64,000 nucleotides of DNA from Escherichia coli (GTDB taxonomy: Bacteria; Pseudomonadota; Gammaproteobacteria; Enterobacterales; Enterobacteriaceae): the NCBI RefSeq assembly GCF_003334335.1, contig NZ_QOWQ01000020.1. The stretch is one strand, 5' to 3'. Position 1 is the first letter of the stretch, and each line of letters begins with the position of its first letter. The notes under the pieces were generated by a model that was not told where the DNA came from, made no database searches, and worked only from the letters and a program-made list of their open reading frames with translations. Positions 1-16,383 of this stretch are shown here, piece by piece. Both the position numbers and the translations under genes were made by a program.

Positions 1-62
1 AGTGGTGGCGCATTATAGGGAGTTATTCCGGCCTGACAAGAGGAAATTTAAAATAATTTTCT
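1..62 (-). promoter_or_regulatory. rRNA P1-type promoter with UP element (inferred rrnA P1); transcribes leftwards out of the window
   Basis: Reverse complement of nt 1-62 gives an A/T-rich UP-like tract, TTGTCA (-35, about nt 34-39), 16-nt spacer, TATAAT (-10, about nt 12-17), GC-rich discriminator GCGCCACC and a start near nt 3. This is the signature of E. coli rrn P1 promoters; the rrnA assignment is by synteny with hemG. Confidence 0.7.
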
Positions 63-88
63 GACCGCGCATTTTTTATTCTTTATGC

Positions 89-634
89 TTATTTCAGCGT
101 CGGTTTGTCGGTTAAATGGGCGATTTCTCGGGCGAAATTCGCCACCTGCTCCCAATCGGTATAGACAACTTCTTTGCGCGTATCCGTTTCACCGCCTGAC
201 ATCTTCATAATCAGCTTGATCATAAAACGGTCGTACCAGCGATAACGTGGGTAACGCAGCGCCCCGGCAATGACCGCGCAGCGATCGGGACGCCATTGCG
301 AGTTCATCAGAAACTTGCGCGCGTAGCTGTTGGTCTGTGGAGTACGCTTCTCCGGTTTGCGCGCCACCAGATTCACGGAGTAAAAGGCGCTCGGCATCGA
401 ATTCAGCCGCGTCGCATGTTTTTTGACAAATTCCTGGAACGCTGAATGGTAGTGACCATAGCGAATAGAAGCACCAATGACCACACGGTCATAGTTTTCC
501 CACTGTGGTTCTTCAATGCGGTGCACATTGGCGACATCCGCCTGGATCCCCAGTTCTTTCAGTTCCGAAGCCAGGTAGGAGGCAATCTCGCGCGTTTGTC
601 CGTCCCTTGTTGAGAAAAGAATTAATGTTTTCAC
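89..634 (-). CDS. hemG: protoporphyrinogen IX dehydrogenase, flavodoxin-like (HemG)
   Basis: 181-aa ORF; translation [18 protein letters not shown]... recognised as HemG; synteny with trkH. Confidence 0.9.
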   Translation of the reverse strand: MKTLILFSTRDGQTREIASYLASELKELGIQADVANVHRIEEPQWENYDRVVIGASIRYGHYHSAFQEFVKKHATRLNSMPSAFYSVNLVARKPEKRTPQTNSYARKFLMNSQWRPDRCAVIAGALRYPRYRWYDRFMIKLIMKMSGGETDTRKEVVYTDWEQVANFAREIAHLTDKPTLK

Positions 635-645
635 GTATTACTCCA

Positions 646-2097
646 TCATTCACGCCAGAAAGTCGGGGTAAAGAGCACCAGCAATGTAAAGACCTCGAGA
701 CGACCAAACAGCATGTTGGCAATCAGGATCCATTTAGCCACCGGGTTCATACTGGTAAAGTTATCAGCAACCACGCCAAGCCCTGGCCCCAGGTTATTCA
801 ATGTCGCAACAACCGACGCAAAGGCAGAAAAGTCATCCACGCCCGTGGCGATAATCGCCAGCATACTGACAATAAACACCAATGCATAGGCGGAGAAAAA
901 TCCCCAAACGGCTTCGAGGATACGTTCCGGCAGTGCGCGATTCCCCAGCTTAATGCTATAGACGGCGTTCGGATGCACCAGTCGTTTCAGCTCACGGTTC
1001 CCCTGCTTAAACAGCAGCAGGATGCGGATCACCTTCAGGCCACCGCCCGTTGACCCGGCGCAACCGCCGATAAAGGCTGAACATAAAAGCAGTACCGGCA
1101 AAAAGAGCGGCCAGCGGGCAATGCTGTCAGTTGTAAACCCGGCGGTTGTCGCCATCGACACCACCTGGAAAAACGCCTGGTTAATTGTCATCAGCGCCGA
1201 ACTGTAGACATTATGAAACCACAGTACGAGGGTACAAATAACCACCAGCGTAAACTGTACGCCGATAAACATGCGAAATTCCGGATCGCGCCAATAAACC
1301 TTCAGACTACGCCCACTTAACAGTGAAAAGTGCAGACCGTAGTTACAGCCGGAGATCAGCAGGAAGATAGCAATGATAGTGTTAATAGTCGGGCTATCGA
1401 AATAACCGATACTGGCATCATGTGTCGAGAAGCCGCCAATAGCGATAGTCGCAAAGCTATGGCCGATGGCATCAAAGGCATCCATTCCGGCAAACCACAA
1501 CGCCAGCGCACAGGCGACGGTCAGCAAGACATAAATCAACCACAGGGTTTTCGCCGTTTCCGCAATTCGCGGGCGCATTTTGTTATCTTTCAGCGGGCCG
1601 GGCATTTCTGCGCGATAGAGCTGCATCCCACCCACGCCGAGGATAGGCAGTATCGCAACCGCCAACACGATGATCCCCATCCCGCCAAACCATTGCAGCA
1701 TCTGGCGATAAAAGAGGATGGCGTGAGGGAGCGAATCCAGCCCCACCAGCGTAGTGGCTCCCGTAGTGGTCAGGCCAGAGAAAGATTCAAAAAACGCATC
1801 GGTAATCGTGAGGTTCGGGCTTTCCGAGAAGATAAAAGGGAGCGCACCGACGCTACCCAGCACGGTCCAGAACAGCACCACTATCAGAAACCCCTCACGG
1901 GATTTAAGTTCGCCTTTCTCTTTGCGGTTCGGCCACCACAGCATAGAGCCAATGGCGAGGGCGACAAAAAAGGTCTGGGTAAAAGCGCGGCCCGCTCCAT
2001 CCCGGTAGATGAGTGCTACCAGCCCAGGGATAATCATGGTCCCTGAAAATAAGATGACCAGTAGTCCAACGATTCGGGTAATGGCGCGAAAATGCAT
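646..2097 (-). CDS. trkH: potassium uptake protein TrkH
   Basis: 483-aa polytopic membrane ORF recognised as TrkH; 11-nt gap to hemG. Confidence 0.9.
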   Translation of the reverse strand: MHFRAITRIVGLLVILFSGTMIIPGLVALIYRDGAGRAFTQTFFVALAIGSMLWWPNRKEKGELKSREGFLIVVLFWTVLGSVGALPFIFSESPNLTITDAFFESFSGLTTTGATTLVGLDSLPHAILFYRQMLQWFGGMGIIVLAVAILPILGVGGMQLYRAEMPGPLKDNKMRPRIAETAKTLWLIYVLLTVACALALWFAGMDAFDAIGHSFATIAIGGFSTHDASIGYFDSPTINTIIAIFLLISGCNYGLHFSLLSGRSLKVYWRDPEFRMFIGVQFTLVVICTLVLWFHNVYSSALMTINQAFFQVVSMATTAGFTTDSIARWPLFLPVLLLCSAFIGGCAGSTGGGLKVIRILLLFKQGNRELKRLVHPNAVYSIKLGNRALPERILEAVWGFFSAYALVFIVSMLAIIATGVDDFSAFASVVATLNNLGPGLGVVADNFTSMNPVAKWILIANMLFGRLEVFTLLVLFTPTFWRE

Positions 2098-2135
2098 CTC
2101 TGCCGCTTCCTTAGTTCTGCAAAACGAAGTGGGGA

Positions 2136-2750
2136 TTATTCTTCAATCGCTAACAATTGCAATGAACCACGGCTAAAATCCGCCAGCTTTGCGGAAAATT
2201 CAGCCACTTTCGCCGCCGGAAGCGCCACCCGCAGCAGAACGAATGCCTGATAATCACTGTTGATAATTTTGCCGTCACACTGCCCCAGCAACGCTTCAAT
2301 GCCGGTTAACTGATGATATTCACATTGCAAAGTATATTCGGTTAATGGCGTCTTGCGTTGGGTCGTTAGCTGGCGCAGCGCCTGATTCACGCCGCCGCCA
2401 TACGCTTTCACTAACCCACCGGTGCCAAGCAATATGCCGCCGTAGTAGCGCACTACCACAGCGGTAATTTCCCCGACGCCGCTGCCCATTAGCTGGGCGA
2501 GCATCGGTTTACCTGCCGTTCCCGCCGGCTCCCCGTCGTCAGAGAAACCCAGCTGTTGAGAATCATCCGGCGCACCCGCGACCCACGCCACGCAATGGTG
2601 CCGGGCATCGGGGTGTTCTGCCCGCACCGATTCAACAAACGCTTTCGCCGCCTCAACGCCATCGGTATGCGCCAACATCGTTATGAAGCGGCTCTTTTTG
2701 ATCTCTTCAACGACCGTGACCGGTGCCGCAGGAATTAACCAGCTTTCCAT
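2136..2750 (-). CDS. yigZ: IMPACT-family protein YigZ
   Basis: 204 aa from the second ATG of the track ORF ([11 protein letters not shown]...); start overlaps the pepQ stop. Confidence 0.85.
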   Translation of the reverse strand: MESWLIPAAPVTVVEEIKKSRFITMLAHTDGVEAAKAFVESVRAEHPDARHHCVAWVAGAPDDSQQLGFSDDGEPAGTAGKPMLAQLMGSGVGEITAVVVRYYGGILLGTGGLVKAYGGGVNQALRQLTTQRKTPLTEYTLQCEYHQLTGIEALLGQCDGKIINSDYQAFVLLRVALPAAKVAEFSAKLADFSRGSLQLLAIEE

Positions 2751-4081
2751 CACGCCAGTTTCAGATCCCGGGTCATGTTTTCCACGTTGTTTTCGTGGAT
2801 CACCACGTTGTCTTCGATACGAATGCCGCCGAACGGTTTCAGTGCTTCAATTTTCTGCCAGTTGAAGTGCTTGCTGAACTGCCCTTCACGCCACGGTGCC
2901 AGTAGCGATTCGATGAAGTAGATACCCGGTTCGATGGTTAACACCATGCCCGGCTGGAGAATACGGGTGCAGCGCAGGTACGGATATTTTGCCGGTGCCG
3001 CGAGGTGCGTACCGCTATCATCCTGCATAAAACCAGCGACGTCATGCACCTGCAGGCCCAGCGGATGGCCGATACCATGCGGCATAAACGGCCCGGTAAG
3101 ATCGTTTTCGACCATCGCTTCTTCACTCATATCGGTGATGATTTGATGTTTACGCAGCAGTTTGGCGATGCGCTGATGGAACTGGATGTGGTAATCCACA
3201 TAGCTGACGCCTGCTTTCATGGTGGCGATCAGCGCCAGTTGTTCATCATTAACGTCCTTCACCAGCTGCGCGTAGTCGTTGTCACTTTTTGCCGACCAGG
3301 TACGGGTCAGGTCAGCCGCATAGCCGTTATATTCTGCCCCGGCATCCAGCAGGAAGCTGCGCATCTCTTCCGGTGCCTGATGGTCCAGTTTGGTGTAATG
3401 CAGTACCGCAGCGTGTTCGTTAAGCGCCACAATGTTGCTGTAAGGTACGTCGGTATCACGATGACCGGTCGCGGTCAGATAGGCAATGTTGATATCGAAC
3501 TCGCTCATGCCAGAACGGAACGCTTCTTCTGCCGCGCGGTGACCGTTGACCGCCATTTTCTGCGCTTCACGCATACAGGCCAGTTCGTACTCAGTTTTGA
3601 AGGAGCGATAGTAATGCAGGTAGTCGATAACCCCTTTCGGGTTGATGTTGCTGGCCTCAATACCCAGTTGCAGCGCACGTTCCGGCACCGGACCGATATA
3701 ACCGATATTGCCGCGCGCAGCAGGCAGCAGGCTACCAATGCCATCGGCTTTCGGCAGCGCGATCACTTCCACATCTTCAGTCCAGAAAGAGGTCGGCAGC
3801 GGTTCGACGTTGTGCCAGTAATCAACCGGCAGATAGAACCACAGTTTCGGCTTGTTCACGCCATCCACCAGCAACCAGCAGTTTGGCACCTGAGTTACCG
3901 GCACCCACGCTTTGAATTGCGGGTTCACTTTAAACGGATAGGGATGATCGTCGAGAAAAACATTGAACAGCTCGCCGGAGTGAATAAGTAACGCATCCAG
4001 CTTGAAGCGCGCCAGCGCATCGCGAGTCCGTTCTTGTAAGGTAGCTATATGATTTTTATAGAGCGAGGCCAGTGATTCCAT
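2750..4081 (-). CDS. pepQ: Xaa-Pro dipeptidase (prolidase) PepQ
   Basis: 443-aa ORF, M24 metallopeptidase-like C-terminal half, recognised as PepQ; divergent from fadB. Confidence 0.9.
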
Positions 4082-4228
4082 TTTTTACCCTTCTGTTTTT
4101 TTGACCTTAAGTCTCCGCATCTTAGCACATCGTTCATCCAGAGCGTGATTTCTGCCGAGCGTGATCAGATCGGCATTTCTTTAATCTTTTGTTTGCATAT
4201 TTTTAACACAAAATACACACTTCGACTC

Positions 4229-4245
4229 ATCTGGTACGACCAGAT
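4229..4245. promoter_or_regulatory. FadR operator palindrome in the fadB promoter
   Basis: Perfect palindrome ATCTGGTACGACCAGAT about 26 nt upstream of the fadB ATG, matching the FadR operator type. Confidence 0.75.
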
Positions 4246-4270
4246 CACCTTGCGGATTCAGGAGACTGAC

Positions 4271-6460
4271 ATGCTTTACAAAGGCGACACCCTGTACCTT
4301 GACTGGCTGGAAGATGGCATTGCCGAACTGGTATTTGATGCCCCAGGTTCAGTTAATAAACTCGACACTGCGACCGTCGCCAGCCTCGGCGAGGCCATCG
4401 GCGTGCTGGAACAGCAATCAGATCTAAAAGGGCTGCTGCTGCGTTCGAACAAAGCAGCCTTTATCGTCGGTGCTGATATCACCGAATTTTTGTCCCTGTT
4501 CCTCGTTCCTGAAGAACAGTTAAGTCAGTGGCTGCACTTTGCCAATAGCGTGTTTAATCGCCTGGAAGATCTGCCGGTGCCGACCATTGCTGCCGTCAAT
4601 GGCTATGCGCTGGGCGGTGGCTGCGAATGCGTGCTGGCGACCGATTATCGTCTGGCGACGCCGGATCTGCGCATCGGTCTGCCGGAAACCAAACTGGGCA
4701 TCATGCCTGGCTTTGGCGGTTCTGTACGTATGCCACGTATGCTGGGCGCTGACAGTGCGCTGGAAATCATTGCCGCCGGTAAAGATGTCGGCGCGGATCA
4801 GGCGCTGAAAATCGGTCTGGTGGATGGCGTAGTCAAAGCAGAAAAACTGGTTGAAGGCGCAAAGGCGGTTTTACGCCAGGCCATTAACGGCGACCTCGAC
4901 TGGAAAGCAAAACGTCAGCCGAAGCTGGAACCACTAAAACTGAGCAAGATTGAAGCCACCATGAGCTTCACCATCGCTAAAGGGATGGTCGCACAAACAG
5001 CGGGGAAACATTATCCGGCCCCCATCACCGCAGTAAAAACCATTGAAGCTGCGGCCCGTTTTGGTCGTGAAGAAGCCTTAAACCTGGAAAACAAAAGTTT
5101 TGTCCCGCTGGCGCATACCAACGAAGCCCGCGCACTGGTCGGCATTTTCCTTAACGATCAATATGTAAAAGGCAAAGCGAAGAAACTCACCAAAGACGTT
5201 GAAACCCCGAAACAGGCCGCGGTGCTGGGTGCAGGCATTATGGGCGGCGGCATCGCTTACCAGTCTGCGTGGAAAGGCGTGCCGGTTGTCATGAAAGATA
5301 TCAACGACAAGTCGTTAACCCTCGGCATGACCGAAGCCGCGAAACTGCTGAACAAGCAGCTTGAGCGCGGCAAGATCGATGGTCTGAAACTGGCTGGCGT
5401 GATCTCCACAATCCACCCAACGCTCGACTACGCCGGATTTGACCGCGTGGATATTGTGGTAGAAGCGGTTGTTGAAAACCCGAAAGTGAAAAAAGCCGTA
5501 CTGGCAGAAACCGAACAAAAAGTACGCCAGGATACCGTGCTGGCGTCTAACACTTCAACCATTCCTATCAGCGAACTGGCCAACGCGCTGGAACGCCCGG
5601 AAAACTTCTGCGGGATGCACTTCTTTAACCCGGTCCACCGAATGCCGTTGGTAGAAATTATTCGCGGCGAGAAAAGCTCCGACGAAACCATCGCGAAAGT
5701 TGTCGTCTGGGCGAGCAAGATGGGCAAGACGCCGATTGTGGTTAACGACTGCCCCGGCTTCTTTGTTAACCGCGTGCTGTTCCCGTATTTCGCCGGTTTC
5801 AGCCAGCTGCTGCGCGACGGCGCGGATTTCCGCAAGATCGACAAAGTGATGGAAAAACAGTTTGGCTGGCCGATGGGCCCGGCATATCTGCTGGACGTTG
5901 TGGGCATTGATACCGCGCATCACGCTCAGGCTGTCATGGCAGCAGGCTTCCCGCAGCGGATGCAGAAAGATTACCGCGATGCCATCGACGCGCTGTTTGA
6001 TGCCAACCGCTTTGGTCAGAAGAACGGCCTCGGTTTCTGGCGTTATAAAGAAGACAGCAAAGGTAAGCCGAAGAAAGAAGAAGACGCCGCCGTTGAAGAC
6101 CTGCTGGCAGAAGTGAGCCAGCCGAAGCGCGATTTCAGCGAAGAAGAGATTATCGCCCGCATGATGATCCCGATGGTCAACGAAGTGGTGCGCTGTCTGG
6201 AGGAAGGCATTATCGCCACTCCGGCGGAAGCGGATATGGCGCTGGTCTACGGCCTGGGCTTCCCTCCGTTCCACGGCGGCGCGTTCCGCTGGCTGGACAC
6301 CCTCGGTAGCGCAAAATACCTCGATATGGCACAGCAATATCAGCACCTCGGCCCGCTGTATGAAGTGCCGGAAGGTCTGCGTAATAAAGCGCGTCATAAC
6401 GAACCGTACTATCCTCCGGTTGAGCCAGCCCGTCCGGTTGGCGACCTGAAAACGGCTTAA
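4271..6460 (+). CDS. fadB: fatty acid oxidation complex alpha subunit (enoyl-CoA hydratase / 3-hydroxyacyl-CoA dehydrogenase) FadB
   Basis: 729 aa from [16 protein letters not shown] (track ORF 4145-6460 carries a spurious N-terminal extension); GGAG RBS upstream. Confidence 0.92.
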   Translation: MLYKGDTLYLDWLEDGIAELVFDAPGSVNKLDTATVASLGEAIGVLEQQSDLKGLLLRSNKAAFIVGADITEFLSLFLVPEEQLSQWLHFANSVFNRLEDLPVPTIAAVNGYALGGGCECVLATDYRLATPDLRIGLPETKLGIMPGFGGSVRMPRMLGADSALEIIAAGKDVGADQALKIGLVDGVVKAEKLVEGAKAVLRQAINGDLDWKAKRQPKLEPLKLSKIEATMSFTIAKGMVAQTAGKHYPAPITAVKTIEAAARFGREEALNLENKSFVPLAHTNEARALVGIFLNDQYVKGKAKKLTKDVETPKQAAVLGAGIMGGGIAYQSAWKGVPVVMKDINDKSLTLGMTEAAKLLNKQLERGKIDGLKLAGVISTIHPTLDYAGFDRVDIVVEAVVENPKVKKAVLAETEQKVRQDTVLASNTSTIPISELANALERPENFCGMHFFNPVHRMPLVEIIRGEKSSDETIAKVVVWASKMGKTPIVVNDCPGFFVNRVLFPYFAGFSQLLRDGADFRKIDKVMEKQFGWPMGPAYLLDVVGIDTAHHAQAVMAAGFPQRMQKDYRDAIDALFDANRFGQKNGLGFWRYKEDSKGKPKKEEDAAVEDLLAEVSQPKRDFSEEEIIARMMIPMVNEVVRCLEEGIIATPAEADMALVYGLGFPPFHGGAFRWLDTLGSAKYLDMAQQYQHLGPLYEVPEGLRNKARHNEPYYPPVEPARPVGDLKTA

Positions 6461-7633
<1,173 letters not shown>

Positions 7634-7639
7634 CCACTT

Positions 7640-7832
<193 letters not shown>

Positions 7833-7884
7833 AGATACGTCATAGATCTAAATGCCACTGAATAACAGTTTAGTTGCCGTTCTT

Positions 7885-7910
7885 CCCGCCTGTCAGGGGC
7901 GGGTTTTTTT
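7885..7910 (+). terminator. intrinsic terminator downstream of fadBA
   Basis: GC stem CCCGCC / GGCGGG with a short loop followed by T7. Confidence 0.6.
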
Positions 7911-7915
7911 ATATC

Positions 7916-8617
7916 TCAGATAAATGCAAACGCATCGCCAAACAGGCGATCTTCCCGCGCATTACGCTCACTGCAAAACAGATCGCGGGCAATTTTCGCC
8001 ATCTCAAAACGTCCGGCAATATAGATATCATGCTCTGCCAGCGTACCGTGATCCTGCAATACCGCCGTTAACACGGTGCCAGTACGCCCACGCCAGCCCG
8101 CTTCCGGTTGTTCAACCACCGGCACCACTTGCAGACCAGGATGCTTCAACGAAAGCGCCTCAAGCTCGCAGAGATCATACAGATGCTGCTCTTCACGCCC
8201 GCCCCAGTAAATGGTGATATCACGGTTTGGGTTACGCGCCAACGCTGTCAGCAAAATCGAGCGGGCATAAGAGAACCCGGTGCCGCCAGCAATCAAAATC
8301 ATCGGACGCTCTTCATCATCGCGCAGCCACGCTTCTCCGTGGGGAATGTCGACCACGATTTGATGATCTTTGAGGATGCGGTCCATGACTGCTTTCGCGT
8401 AAAGGTTGATTTCAGAAGCGCCAATATGCAGCTCGATAAACCCTTTTTCATCCGGCGTCGAAGCCATTGAGAACGGACGTTTGTCGCGCTCATCCATCAC
8501 TACCATCAAATACTGACCAGCACGAAAAGAAAAGGCCGCGTCTGGCACGATGCGGACACGATATACGGTATCCGTGATAGCTTCTACCGAGGTCACTTTA
8601 CAGCTTAAGGTTGTCAT
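7916..8617 (-). CDS. fre: NAD(P)H-flavin reductase Fre
   Basis: 233 aa from [14 protein letters not shown] (track ORF extends 11 codons upstream). Confidence 0.88.
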
Positions 8618-8662
8618 GCGCTTTCTCTGTCGGATCGATAAATAGGGCAAAACAAACGCGCA

Positions 8663-10156
8663 TCAGGCGCTTTTACTGTTGTTAAAAATAGCCAGTTCAT
8701 CCCAGATGGCGTCAATATGCGCGACAACATCTGGATCTTTTTTGATGGGACGTCCCCATTCACGCTGGGTTTCCCCCGGCCATTTATTCGTGGCATCCAG
8801 CCCCATTTTTGAACCCAGCCCGGAGACAGGCGAGGCAAAATCCAGATAATCAATAGGCGTATTTTCTACCAGAACAGTATCCCGCGCCGGGTCCATACGG
8901 GTGGTAATCGCCCAAATCACATCGTTCCAGTCGCGTGCGTTAACGTCATCATCGCAAACGATCACAAATTTAGTGTACATAAACTGGCGTAAGAACGACC
9001 AGACGCCCATCATGACGCGCTTCGCGTGTCCGGCGTACTGTTTTTTGATTGTCACTACCGCCAGGCGATAAGAGCAGCCTTCCGGCGGCAGGTAAAAATC
9101 GACAATTTCCGGGAACTGTTTTTGCAGAATCGGCACAAACACTTCGTTCAGTGCGACACCCAGCACCGCGGGCTCATCTGGCGGACGCCCGGTATAGGTG
9201 GAATGGTAAATCGCATCTTCACGCTGGGTAATATGCGTCACGGTAAATACCGGGAAACTATCGACTTCATTATAGTAACCGGTGTGGTCGCCATACGGCC
9301 CTTCCGGCGCAGTTTCGCCTTGTTCGATATACCCTTCCAGCACAATCTCCGCACTGGCGGGCACTTCAAGATCATTGGAGATACACTTCACCACTTCGGT
9401 CTTGGTGCCACGTAGCAATCCGGCAAACGCATACTCTGAAAGCGTATCCGGAACGGGAGTGACTGCACCGAGAATCGTGGCGGGATCGGCACCCAGCGCC
9501 ACAGAAACCGGGAAACGTTCGCCCGGATGCGCCGCACACCACTCCTGATAATCCAGCGCGCCGCCGCGATGCGACAGCCAGCGCATAATCAGTTTGTTTT
9601 TACCAATCAGCTGCTGGCGATAAATGCCCAGATTCTGCCGCTCTTTATGTGGGCCGCGCGTCACTGTCAGCCCCCAGGTAATCAGCGGCGCGGCATCTTC
9701 CGGCCAGCAGGTCATAATGGGAATGCGATTGAGATCGACGTCATCGCCAGAGACGATTTTTTGTTGGCAGGGCGCACCACGCAGCCGCTTTGTCGGCATG
9801 TTCAATACTTGCTTAAACTGCGGCAGTTTATCAAACAGGTCGCGGAAACCTTTTGGCGGCTCCGGCTCTTTCAGAAACGCCAATAATTTACCAACTTCAC
9901 GCAGCGCCGAAACATCTTCCTGCCCCATGCCCATCGCCACGCGCTTTGGCGTACCGAACAGGTTGCACAGCACCGGCATTGAGTAGCCTTTAGGGTTTTC
10001 GAACAACAGCGCAGGCCCACCGGCACGCAAAGTGCGGTCAGCAATTTCAGTGATTTCCAGATGCGGATCCACCGGGAGCGTGATACGTTTTAGCTCACCC
10101 TGCTGTTCAAGCAGCGTCAAGAAGTCGCGTAAATCGTTATATTTCATGGCGTCCAT
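8663..10156 (-). CDS. ubiD: 3-octaprenyl-4-hydroxybenzoate decarboxylase UbiD
   Basis: 497-aa ORF, N-terminus [24 protein letters not shown], recognised as UbiD. Confidence 0.9.
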   Translation of the reverse strand: MDAMKYNDLRDFLTLLEQQGELKRITLPVDPHLEITEIADRTLRAGGPALLFENPKGYSMPVLCNLFGTPKRVAMGMGQEDVSALREVGKLLAFLKEPEPPKGFRDLFDKLPQFKQVLNMPTKRLRGAPCQQKIVSGDDVDLNRIPIMTCWPEDAAPLITWGLTVTRGPHKERQNLGIYRQQLIGKNKLIMRWLSHRGGALDYQEWCAAHPGERFPVSVALGADPATILGAVTPVPDTLSEYAFAGLLRGTKTEVVKCISNDLEVPASAEIVLEGYIEQGETAPEGPYGDHTGYYNEVDSFPVFTVTHITQREDAIYHSTYTGRPPDEPAVLGVALNEVFVPILQKQFPEIVDFYLPPEGCSYRLAVVTIKKQYAGHAKRVMMGVWSFLRQFMYTKFVIVCDDDVNARDWNDVIWAITTRMDPARDTVLVENTPIDYLDFASPVSGLGSKMGLDATNKWPGETQREWGRPIKKDPDVVAHIDAIWDELAIFNNSKSA

Positions 10157-10277
10157 TGTAGCCTCTTAATCTGCGCCCATTATACGGCGTTCATCTTTGC
10201 GATGCTGTAAATTTGTTAAATTAGCGTGAACTCTGACGGTATAACGCAAACCGGGGAATATAATTAACTTAGCGTAA

Positions 10278-11590
<1,313 letters not shown>

Positions 11591-11631
11591 CCTGTACTCC
11601 ATATGACAACCGCCCTGACGGGCGGTTGAAT

Positions 11632-12408
11632 TTATTCTTCAGTTTTTTCGCTTTCTGCTTCAGCGTCGTTTTCCTCTTCCCGATTTCGCCCTTTACCAAC
11701 GTAAAAGCGTGAGAAGAAGACACCGATTTCAAACAGACAGTACATCGGGATCGCCAACAGCGTTTGCGAGAAGACATCCGGCGGCGTCAGCAACATCCCG
11801 ACAACGAATGCACCAACCAGCACATACGGGCGTTTTTTGCGTAAGTCTTCTGGCGAGGTAATCCCCATCCAGCACAGCAGCACAATTGCTACCGGCACTT
11901 CAAAGGAGACACCAAACGCCATAAACAGCGCCATAACGAAGCTTAAATAGCTGGCGATGTCGGTGGATACCTGCACCCCTTCCGGCGCGGTATTGGCAAG
12001 GAAGCCAAATGCCAGCGGAAAGACCACAAAGTAGGCGAATGCCATGCCGATATAAAACAGCAGAGAGCTGGAAACCAGCAGCGGCACCACCAGGCGACGT
12101 TCATGCTTATACAGCGCTGGGGCGATAAATGCCCACACCTGATAGAGAATCACCGGCGCTGACAGAATCAGCGACACCATAAAGGTCAGCTTGATCGGCG
12201 TAAAGAACGGCGAGGCCACGTCGGTGGCGATCATCGTTGAACCTTGCGGCAACTGCTTGATCAATGGCGCGGATACCAGGTGATAGATGTCATTGGCGAA
12301 ATAGACCAGACACAGGAATATCACGATCACCGCGATAATGCAGTTCAGCAGACGCTTACGCAGCTCAATCAGATGCGTGATAAGCGGTTGAGTATCTTCT
12401 ACAGACAT
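11632..12408 (-). CDS. tatC: twin-arginine translocase subunit TatC
   Basis: 258-aa six-TM ORF recognised as TatC. Confidence 0.92.
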
Positions 12409-12410
12409 GT

Positions 12411-12926
12411 TTACGGTTTATCACTCGACGAAGGGGAAGGTGCAGCGGTTTTCGGTTCAGCGTCCGCAGCAGGTTTTACCACCGGCTCTGGCGTGGTTTC
12501 TGGCTTCTGTTCCGGCGAACTGGCCTGCGTTTGTGCAGCGGCAGGCGTTACGCCCTCATGCGCAGCTTCATTATCTTTCACCACCGGGTTATGGATGGTG
12601 TGCGCTTCATCGCTCGCCTTTTCAGGATCGTTTGCAACGTAGGAACGCTTCATCGACTCCGCGGCCTGGCGTAGTTCATCCATCGACGCTTTCAGTTCGG
12701 GCGTCAGGTTAGTGAGGCTCGCCTTTTCAACCTTTTTCAGACTGTCCTGAAACTCCTGGAGTTTTAACTCCTGGGTCAGTTCGTTCTGCACCGTTGTCGC
12801 CAGTGAACGCAACGCGCGAATCCAGCCCGCTACCGTTTTTACCGCCACAGGCAGTCGTTGCGGCCCCAGAACGACGAGGCCGATGATGAACACCAATAGC
12901 AGTTCGCTAAAACCGATATCAAACAC
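12411..12926 (-). CDS. tatB: twin-arginine translocase subunit TatB
   Basis: 171 aa, [27 protein letters not shown]-terminal TM plus amphipathic helix. Confidence 0.92.
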
Positions 12927-12929
12927 GGA

Positions 12930-13199
12930 TTACACCTGCTCTTTATCGTGGCGCTTCGCGTCTTCTGTTTTAGCCTGTTCCTGATTCGTATCCGCCTGCT
13001 TATCGGCGATAGTTTTCGCAGTAAAATCAGCATCCTGACTGGTTTTATCCTGCTTTGGTTCATCATCGCTCATTGCTTTTTTAAAGCCTTTGATCGACGC
13101 ACCAAGATCGGAACCGATGGAGCCGAGCTTTTTGGTGCCAAAAAGCAGTACAACGATGACGGCAATAATCAATAACTGCCAAATACTGATACCACCCAT
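12930..13199 (-). CDS. tatA: twin-arginine translocase subunit TatA
   Basis: 89 aa from [27 protein letters not shown] (track ORF has a 14-codon extension). Confidence 0.9.
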   Translation of the reverse strand: MGGISIWQLLIIAVIVVLLFGTKKLGSIGSDLGASIKGFKKAMSDDEPKQDKTSQDADFTAKTIADKQADTNQEQAKTEDAKRHDKEQV

Positions 13200-13277
13200 A
13201 CATGTTCCTCTGTGGTAGATGATGATTAAACAAAGCCGCATTATACGTTACACGGCCCGCCTTGAGCGATGAAAAAA

Positions 13278-15520
<2,243 letters not shown>

Positions 15521-15533
15521 TTCCGGTCTCCTG

Positions 15534-16289
15534 TCAGAACTTATAACCACGATGCAGCGCCACAACCCCTGCCGTCAGATTGTAGTAGTCGACACTTTCG
15601 AATCCGGCATCCTGCATCATGGCTTTCAGGGTATCCTGATCGGGATGCATACGGATGGATTCTGCCAGATAACGGTAGCTGTCGGCGTCGTTCGCGACCA
15701 GTGAGCCAATACGCGGCAGCACATGGAAGGAGTATGCATCATAGGCTTTGCTCAGCGGCTCGATAATTGGCTTCGAGAACTCAAGCACCAGCAGGCGGCC
15801 GCCGGGTTTCAGCACGCGATACATTGAACGCAGTGCTTTATCTTTGTCGGTGACGTTACGCAGACCAAACGAAATGGTGATGCAATCAAAGGTGTTATCC
15901 GGGAACGGCAGCGCCTCAGCGTTCGCCTGAACATACTCAACGTTGCCAATCACACCGATATTACGCAGCTTCTCGCGGCCCATTTTGAGCATGGATTCAT
16001 TGATATCAGCAAGGACCACTTTGCCAGTTTCTCCGACCAGGCGGGAGAATTTCGCTGTCAGGTCACCGGTGCCACCAGCCAGATCCAGCACGGTCTGCCC
16101 ACGGCGTACGCCGCTGCAATCAATCGTGAATCGCTTCCACAAACGATGAATACCAAATGACATCAAATCATTCATGACATCGTATTTTGATGCCACGGAA
16201 TGGAAAACGTGGGCGACCATATCCGCTTTTTGTTCCTTCGCGACGGTCTGAAAACCAAAGTGCGTCGTTTCTTGTAACTTATCCACCAT
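15534..16289 (-). CDS. ubiE: ubiquinone/menaquinone C-methyltransferase UbiE
   Basis: 251-aa ORF with SAM-binding motif [11 protein letters not shown]. Confidence 0.92.
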   Translation of the reverse strand: MVDKLQETTHFGFQTVAKEQKADMVAHVFHSVASKYDVMNDLMSFGIHRLWKRFTIDCSGVRRGQTVLDLAGGTGDLTAKFSRLVGETGKVVLADINESMLKMGREKLRNIGVIGNVEYVQANAEALPFPDNTFDCITISFGLRNVTDKDKALRSMYRVLKPGGRLLVLEFSKPIIEPLSKAYDAYSFHVLPRIGSLVANDADSYRYLAESIRMHPDQDTLKAMMQDAGFESVDYYNLTAGVVALHRGYKF

Positions 16290-16383
16290 CTCAATGCCTG
16301 CTCATCAAAAAATTGTTCCAGAAGTGTAACAGATTGGGCGTCGATGCCCTAGATTTCTACCCGGCTTAACTACTCCCAATGGG

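Noticed and set aside
4145-4270. N-terminal extensions in track ORFs (fadB 4145, fre 8650, tatA 13241, ubiJ 15565, yigL 25070, uvrD 37350, hemC 44357, aslB 52228 and others)
   Set aside because: Internal start codons reproduce the known protein N-termini and lengths and have better RBS placement. The extensions are artefacts of taking the first in-frame start after an upstream stop.
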